Origin: an uncultured Desulfatitalea sp.
GTDB lineage: Bacteria > Desulfobacterota > Desulfobacteria > Desulfobacterales > Desulfosarcinaceae
Direction of reading: 5' to 3'
NCBI GenBank assembly: GCA_963668675.2
Contig: CAXXMB010000001.1
Location: 1,184,001-1,248,000 of the forward strand
Length of the DNA stretch: 64,000 nt
In this document: positions 58,622-64,000 of the stretch, piece by piece
How the letters are laid out: the number at the start of each line of letters is the position of its first letter
Position numbering within the stretch: position 1 is the stretch's first letter
Translations under genes and position numbers: made by a program
Notes under the pieces: generated by a model
What the model was told of the DNA's origin: nothing
Seen by the model: only the letters and a program-made list of their open reading frames with translations
Database searches by the model: none

Positions 58622-58698
58622 TCGCCTTGACGGATGCGGGTTCGGTCACCATGTTCCCCTTCAATCCTAAGTAACAGTTTACAGAAAGGAGCCCGACG

Positions 58699-59088
58699 AT
58701 GGAACTCAAGCAATACTTTGCGGATCGAAAAGGTTTTGGCGTATTGTCTACAGCAGATGGTGAAGGCAACGTAGATTCGGCAGTCTACAGCAGGCCTCAT
58801 GTGATGGAAGACGGCACCATCGCATTTATCATGAACGATCGCCTGTCGCACCACAACCTGCAGTCCAACCCCAAGGCTGCTTATCTCTTTCGAGAGGGAG
58901 AAGAGGGATACCGGGGAAAACGTTTCTTCATGACCAAGGTCAAAGAGGAGCAGGATACCGAGTTGCTGAACGAACTGAAACGCCGCGTCTACACATCGGA
59001 CAAAGCCAAGGCCGAATCCAGATTTCTCGTTTTTTTTCGAATCGATAAGGAATTGCCGCTGATCGGACCCGGCGAGGAGCCGAGGTAA
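58699..59088 (+). CDS. Pyridoxamine 5'-phosphate oxidase-like FMN-binding protein
   Basis: GVLSTADGEGNVDSA.YSRPH, NLQSNPKAAYLF; AAGGAG RBS. Confidence 0.8.
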   Translation: MELKQYFADRKGFGVLSTADGEGNVDSAVYSRPHVMEDGTIAFIMNDRLSHHNLQSNPKAAYLFREGEEGYRGKRFFMTKVKEEQDTELLNELKRRVYTSDKAKAESRFLVFFRIDKELPLIGPGEEPR

Positions 59089-59095
59089 CTGTTCA

Positions 59096-59539
59096 TCACC
59101 GCTTGCCCGCCTCCGTCATCCGAACATGGTAGGATCGGTTGACGCCGTCAAGCAGTTGGAAAGCATTCACACGGACACAGATCCACGCCAGGTCAGGCTG
59201 ATCGATCAGGCCAGACAATTGGGGGTGACGGGCGAGCATTTGGCGACGGACCTCTTCGACTTTTTCAGCATGGCCCATCTCAATTGCGCGTCCGGAGATG
59301 GTTAATGCGCAAATATTCGGCCGATCGTCCTTGTTTCGTGTATCAACCATCAAACTGACTTGCGGAGTCTGACAGATGTTGCGATATTTTTGAGTCTCTC
59401 TGGAGGTAACCAGATAGATCTCAGAGCAGTCGGACGAGCACGAATAGGCCATCAGGGATGTGTGGGGGCCTCCATCCCCGGCAGTGGCCAGAACGCACAG
59501 ATCGTTCTGATGAATCAAAGCCTTGATCGTATCTATCAT
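59096..59539 (-). CDS. Pyridoxamine 5'-phosphate oxidase-like FMN-binding protein
   Basis: LCVLAT....PHTSLMAY, T..ETQKYRNI...PQVSLMVDTR. Confidence 0.8.
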   Translation of the reverse strand: MIDTIKALIHQNDLCVLATAGDGGPHTSLMAYSCSSDCSEIYLVTSRETQKYRNICQTPQVSLMVDTRNKDDRPNICALTISGRAIEMGHAEKVEEVRRQMLARHPQLSGLIDQPDLAWICVRVNAFQLLDGVNRSYHVRMTEAGKR

Positions 59540-59719
59540 CTTAGGAATTCCTTTACACAGATCTGTATTATCGGCATACCCTATCACAGCGATATTTGAC
59601 TTTAAAGCATTTGGAGGTAAAGATCAGATAAATAAAATGGCCACTACCCCCGTGGCGTGAGAAAATTCACCGACCGACAGGATAAAATAGAGTTCCAGTA
59701 AATAATGAAAGGGAAATAG

Positions 59720-60670
59720 ATGCCCGCCGACATTAAGATTGGCATTAGCAGCTGTCTTCTGGGTAACAAGGTACGTTACGACGGGGGACACAAACTGGAT
59801 CGCTTCCTAAGAGACACGCTCGGGCAATATGTCTCGTTTGTGCCCGTGTGCCCTGAGGTTGAGTGCGGACTGCCGGTCCCCCGACCGAGCATGCGCCTCT
59901 CCGGTTCCCCTGACACTCCGCGATTGATCGTAACCAAAACAGGCGTTGATCTGACCGACCAAATGCTCAGTTGGGCGAGAAAGAGAGTGGTTGAACTCGA
60001 AAAGGAGAACCTCTGCGGCTATATCTTCAAAAAGGGATCCCCCAGCAGCGGTATGGTCCGCGTCAAGGTCTACAACGAAAAGGGAATACCTTACCAAACT
60101 GGCAGCGGCCTATTCGCAAAGGCGTTCATGGACCACTTCCCCCGCATACCGGTCGAAGAGGAGGGGCGTCTTCACGATCCGTTGCTGCGGGAGAATTTCA
60201 TCGAACGCATCTTCGCCCTGAGGCGCTGGCGAAAGCTATTGTCAGAAAAGCATGGTTTGAAAGATCTGATTGAGTTTCACACCCGCGAGAAACTGCTCCT
60301 TCTCTCCCATAGCCCCAACCACTACCGCGCCATGGGAAAGTTGGTTGCAGAAGGCAAGAAGCATCCCGTGAGCGATCTCTACGACGATTACGAAAGCGCC
60401 TTTATGGTGGCCCTCTCCCTCAAGGCCACAGTGGCGAAAAACACCAATGTACTGCAGCATATTATGGGGTATTTCAAAAAGGTTCTGAGCAGTGACGAGA
60501 AGCAGGAGATGCTGGAGATCATCGAGACTTACCGCGCTGGCCATGTACCCCTGATTGTGCCGATGACGTTGTGCAATCACTATGTGCGTAAATACGAGCA
60601 GCCTTATCTGGCACAGCAGACCTACCTGAATCCGCATCCCATTGCGCTGAAGTTGCGCAATCACGTGTAA
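59720..60670 (+). CDS. ybgA: YbgA-family protein (DUF523 2-thiouracil desulfurase-like domain plus DUF1722)
   Basis: GISSCLLG.KVRYDGGH, VCPEV.CGLPVPR, KKGSPSSG, EEEGRL.D..LRENF, HIMGYFK, YL..QTYL.P.P. Confidence 0.9.
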   Translation: MPADIKIGISSCLLGNKVRYDGGHKLDRFLRDTLGQYVSFVPVCPEVECGLPVPRPSMRLSGSPDTPRLIVTKTGVDLTDQMLSWARKRVVELEKENLCGYIFKKGSPSSGMVRVKVYNEKGIPYQTGSGLFAKAFMDHFPRIPVEEEGRLHDPLLRENFIERIFALRRWRKLLSEKHGLKDLIEFHTREKLLLLSHSPNHYRAMGKLVAEGKKHPVSDLYDDYESAFMVALSLKATVAKNTNVLQHIMGYFKKVLSSDEKQEMLEIIETYRAGHVPLIVPMTLCNHYVRKYEQPYLAQQTYLNPHPIALKLRNHV

Positions 60671-60671
60671 T

Positions 60672-61604
60672 ATGCTGCGATTCGGTCTATGCTGCATCTT
60701 CAAAACGGCACCGATCAAGTTTCGCCGGACAACGGCAAAACATGTTCTTGGCATGCCTTATGATAAGCGGCTGCAGAAAATTTCAGCCATCTGCCTGCAC
60801 AACGCGCAATCTCTTTTATCGGCATTGACCTATTGCAACGATCACAACATCGGGGCATTTCGCATCAACAGTCAAGTCCTTCCACTCAAGACGCACCCCG
60901 AAGCAGGATACAAGATCGAGCAACTGCCCGATGGCGATGCCATCGTGACCCTCTTTCGCCGCTGCGGGCGCTTCAGCCGAAAGCACAACATCCGGACGAC
61001 CTTTCATCCTGACCAGTTCATTGTGCTCAACTCTCCCAACAAGGAGGTCGTGGCACGTTCGATCGCGGATCTTCACTACCATTATGAGGTGGCCAAATGG
61101 GTCAATGCGGACGTGATCAATCTTCACGGAGGCGGCGGCTATGGGGATAAGAGAGAAGCGCTGTCACGGCTGACGCGTTCGATCAACTCCCTTTCGAAAG
61201 GGATCAAAAAACGGCTGACCCTCGAAAACGACGATCGGGTCTTTACGCCTGAAGACCTTTTGCCCGTTTGCGACACGACCGGTGTGCCGTTGGTGTATGA
61301 TGTGCACCACCATCGCTGCCTGCCCGACCGGTTGAGCGTGCGCGATGCGACCGATCTGGCACTGCGGACCTGGCAGCGGGAGCCGCTGTTTCATATTTCG
61401 AGCCCTGCTGCTCCCTGGGGAACAGGTGGCGGCCGCCCCCACCACGACTATATCGATCCGGAGGACTTTCCATGCGAGTGGCTCGATTTGGACGCGACCG
61501 TGGAGATCGAAGCCAAAGCGAAAGAGCTGGCCGTTGAACGGCTGACTGACGATCTTTCCGCACAGATCGTTGCCCGGTGCCATAAAAAGAAAAAAGATAA
61601 ATGA
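60672..61604 (+). CDS. uvsE: UV DNA damage repair endonuclease
   Basis: RFGLCC, FRINS, HPDQFIVLNS, HGGG.YGDK, LENDD, DVHHH, FHISS, HHDYI, EAKAKELA. Confidence 0.93.
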   Translation: MLRFGLCCIFKTAPIKFRRTTAKHVLGMPYDKRLQKISAICLHNAQSLLSALTYCNDHNIGAFRINSQVLPLKTHPEAGYKIEQLPDGDAIVTLFRRCGRFSRKHNIRTTFHPDQFIVLNSPNKEVVARSIADLHYHYEVAKWVNADVINLHGGGGYGDKREALSRLTRSINSLSKGIKKRLTLENDDRVFTPEDLLPVCDTTGVPLVYDVHHHRCLPDRLSVRDATDLALRTWQREPLFHISSPAAPWGTGGGRPHHDYIDPEDFPCEWLDLDATVEIEAKAKELAVERLTDDLSAQIVARCHKKKKDK

Positions 61605-62995
61605 TGCCCCAAGCGACTGTCGAGCAACAACGCATTCACCGACTTAATGAAGCAGCACCGAACAGTAAGGGCAAATATGTCCTGTACTGGATGCAGCAGG
61701 CTCAGCGGGTGCATTTTAACCACGCCCTTCATCTGGCCGTGTCACAGGCCAATAATCGTATGTTGCCGGTCCTGGTGGTTTTCGGACTATCACCCGATTA
61801 CCCCGAGGCCAATTGGCGCCACTTCGCCTTCATGCTCGAAGGGTTGGCCGAGGTAGAACGTTCGCTGTCCGACATGGGGATTGACATGCAGGTGCGCATC
61901 GGTTCACCGCCCGAAGTTGCATTAGCTGCCGCCGAAAATGCAGCTCTGGCAGTCTGTGACCGTGGCTATCTGCGCCACCAGCGTCAATGGCGACAGCAGG
62001 TGGCCCAAAAAGCCGCCTGCCCGGTGATCGAGGTGGAGAGCGATGCCGTCATTCCGGTGGCCGCCGCTTCAGACAAAGCCGAATTTGCCGCCCGCACCAT
62101 ACGCGGCAAGATCCAACGACAACTGCCCGCACTCTTGAATCCCTTGCCCGTCATCACACCCAGACAAAGGGCCCATGGGCTGTACGATCGACCCGATTTT
62201 TCGGTAATCGCCGACCAGCTTAAGGTGGATCGCACTATCCATGCAGTCGCGCCCCTTCTCACTGGGGGCTACTCTCAGGTGCGCCGGCAGTTGGATCATT
62301 TCATAGAGGGCCACCTATCTAGCTATACCGAGCGACGAAGCAAACTTGATAGCTGCGCCTCCTCTCATATGAGCCCCTACCTCCATTTCGGACAAATTTC
62401 ACCTCTGGAAGTCGCGATTGCCATACAGAAGGCCGATGCTCCGATCGAGGCCAGAGAGGCATTTTTGGAAGAGCTGATCGTTCGGCGGGAACTTGCCATC
62501 AACCATGTGTGGTTCAATCCGCTATACGATCAGTACAAGGGATTGCCAGCCTGGGCCCGCCGGACCCTGGCGGCTCACCGTTCGGATCCCCGGCAGCCAT
62601 CTTACAGCTATCGGGAATTGAGCGAAGCCCGAACGCATGACTCCTTCTGGAATGCGGCCATGCGCGAAATGCGTGAGACAGGTTTCATGCCCAACTATAT
62701 GCGCATGTACTGGGGCAAGAAGATACTTCAATGGCAGTCTACCCCATGGCATGCATTTGCGTCTGCCCTGCGCCTCAACAACACCTACTTCGTGGATGGT
62801 CGTGATCCCAACAGCTATGCCGGTGTGGGATGGATATTCGGCCTTCACGACCGTCCTTGGCAGGAGCGCCCTGTATACGGCCAGATCCGGTACATGGCGC
62901 GGGCCGGTCTGAAGCGCAAATTCAACATGCAGGCTTACCTCGAAGCCGTGGAACAGCGTATCAGCACGATCAGAAACGACGAACCAACTATCTAG
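61601..62995 (+). CDS. phr: Class II CPD photolyase
   Basis: YVLYWMQQAQR..FNHAL, RHFAFML.GL, ARTIR.KI, MSPYLHFGQIS, EELIVRREL, THD.FWNAA, NYMRMYWGKKI, DGRDPNSY, HDRPW.ER...G.IRYM. Confidence 0.95.
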   Translation: MMPQATVEQQRIHRLNEAAPNSKGKYVLYWMQQAQRVHFNHALHLAVSQANNRMLPVLVVFGLSPDYPEANWRHFAFMLEGLAEVERSLSDMGIDMQVRIGSPPEVALAAAENAALAVCDRGYLRHQRQWRQQVAQKAACPVIEVESDAVIPVAAASDKAEFAARTIRGKIQRQLPALLNPLPVITPRQRAHGLYDRPDFSVIADQLKVDRTIHAVAPLLTGGYSQVRRQLDHFIEGHLSSYTERRSKLDSCASSHMSPYLHFGQISPLEVAIAIQKADAPIEAREAFLEELIVRRELAINHVWFNPLYDQYKGLPAWARRTLAAHRSDPRQPSYSYRELSEARTHDSFWNAAMREMRETGFMPNYMRMYWGKKILQWQSTPWHAFASALRLNNTYFVDGRDPNSYAGVGWIFGLHDRPWQERPVYGQIRYMARAGLKRKFNMQAYLEAVEQRISTIRNDEPTI

Positions 62996-63576
62996 TTTCC
63001 GATAAATGCCAATATCTCTGGAGGCTTTCGTTTTGGCGCGGCTGGAATACGATTTGGATATCCTAAAATGATTGGGGCGACAATTTCCAGGTCGTAATCG
63101 AGACCCAACTGAGCGCGAAGGCCGGCATCCTGAATGTCGGCCCCCATGTTGATCCAGCAGGTGCCTAATCCGCGCGCCGCGGCCGACATCATCAGATATC
63201 CCGCAGCAAGGGCGCAATCCACATGAAGATTTCTGCGCCCTTGCTCGCCGGATACAATAACCAGACATGGGGCGTTGTAAAAAACATTATATGAGGAGTT
63301 GCGCAGCACTTGCGCATACTTTGCAATAGGGTCGGCAGGATTACGCTCAATTCGTGCCAGAATGTTCTTTTTGCTCTCTTCGGAGATACGCTCTATGACC
63401 GATCTGTCCCGGACAATGGTAAATTTCCAGGGCTGTTCATTACTGGCATTCGGCGCAAGCGTACTCTCCTCTATGAGAGCATGAATCAGATCCGTAGCGA
63501 CGGGTTTATCTGTGAAGTCTCTTATCGATCGCCTCTCCCTTAGCAATCTGCCGTAACCTGCTATCCGGTCTTCCAT
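62992..63576 (-). CDS. Nitroreductase family protein
   Basis: ERRSIRDF, APNASNEQPW, YNAP, LM.SAAARGLGTCW, LGYP. Confidence 0.92.
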   Translation of the reverse strand: MEDRIAGYGRLLRERRSIRDFTDKPVATDLIHALIEESTLAPNASNEQPWKFTIVRDRSVIERISEESKKNILARIERNPADPIAKYAQVLRNSSYNVFYNAPCLVIVSGEQGRRNLHVDCALAAGYLMMSAAARGLGTCWINMGADIQDAGLRAQLGLDYDLEIVAPIILGYPNRIPAAPKRKPPEILAFIGN

Positions 63577-63657
63577 ATCTTCAACTCCAATGAATATAGT
63601 CCTTTATGTTTAGAAATTTATAAATATTAGTTTATCCAGTAGATGAAGAAAAGAACA

Positions 63658-63861
63658 TCATGCTGCCGGATAGTTTATCTCCTTCAAGATGGCCAGAATC
63701 GTCTCTTTGCTGGCCGGGGCCTCAAACTGCACCGTCACCGTTTTACCCTGTATATCGCTCTGAACGCTTTTAATACCATCGAGTTCCTGCAGCTCTTTCT
63801 CAATCGCTCCGGTACAATGACCGCATGAAATATTGGGGATATGAAAGGTCTCTTTTGTCAT
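63658..63861 (-). CDS. copZ: CopZ-like heavy-metal chaperone
   Basis: IPNISCGHC, 67 aa HMA fold; AGGAG RBS. Confidence 0.88.
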   Translation of the reverse strand: MTKETFHIPNISCGHCTGAIEKELQELDGIKSVQSDIQGKTVTVQFEAPASKETILAILKEINYPAA

Positions 63862-64000
63862 TTTTATCTACTCCTATTGTTTGGTCTTGTGTCTTATAGG
63901 GCGCTTACCTCAGAATCAAATTCGCAATACCAGATTTTAAGCATCGATGTCCTTCTGTCCAATCCACGAAAAGGTTTGACAAATATAATATTTGGGAATA

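Overview
Gene-dense chromosomal region of an anaerobic deltaproteobacterium; gene content suggests a Desulfobacterales-like organism (an inference, not a sequence match). No CRISPR array, rRNA, integrase or transposase was seen. Left to right: a T2SS/T4P ATPase with YidD-like, TPR and PASTA genes, rpe and aroQ; a cold-shock protein and an AhpF-like thioredoxin reductase; yvcK and a LOG-family gene; a long minus-strand run (hisB, dnaG, rpoD, tRNA-Ile2, nif3, Zn-ribbon protein, rnpB, sufC, sufB, an HPr-fusion protein, ispD); a stand-alone YcaO-TPR fusion; a dynamin-like GTPase with an orphan ParA and a divergent 49-aa four-Cys protein; a branched-chain amino acid cluster (ilvD, ilvB, ilvN, ilvC, cimA, leuA) headed by a leader-peptide attenuator that the ORF track does not list; MCP, sirtuin, pyrD, a diguanylate cyclase with a sigma28-like promoter, a PHP protein and efpL; a membrane-anchored EHD-like NTPase; a sigma54 module (kinase, NtrC-type regulator and archaemetzincin converging on a Cys-rich GcvH-like gene with four upstream dyad sites); and a UV-repair/flavin cluster (ybjT-like, PNPOx-like, ybgA, uvsE, class II photolyase, nitroreductase, copZ). 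The best candidates for undescribed biology are the GcvH-like/archaemetzincin/two-component module, the bacterial EHD-like protein, the orphan YcaO-TPR, the HPr fusion coupled to SufCB and IspD, and several cis-regulatory elements (ilv attenuator, structured leuA leader, NrdR-like boxes at dnaG). All family calls come from motif recognition by eye; no database searches were run.
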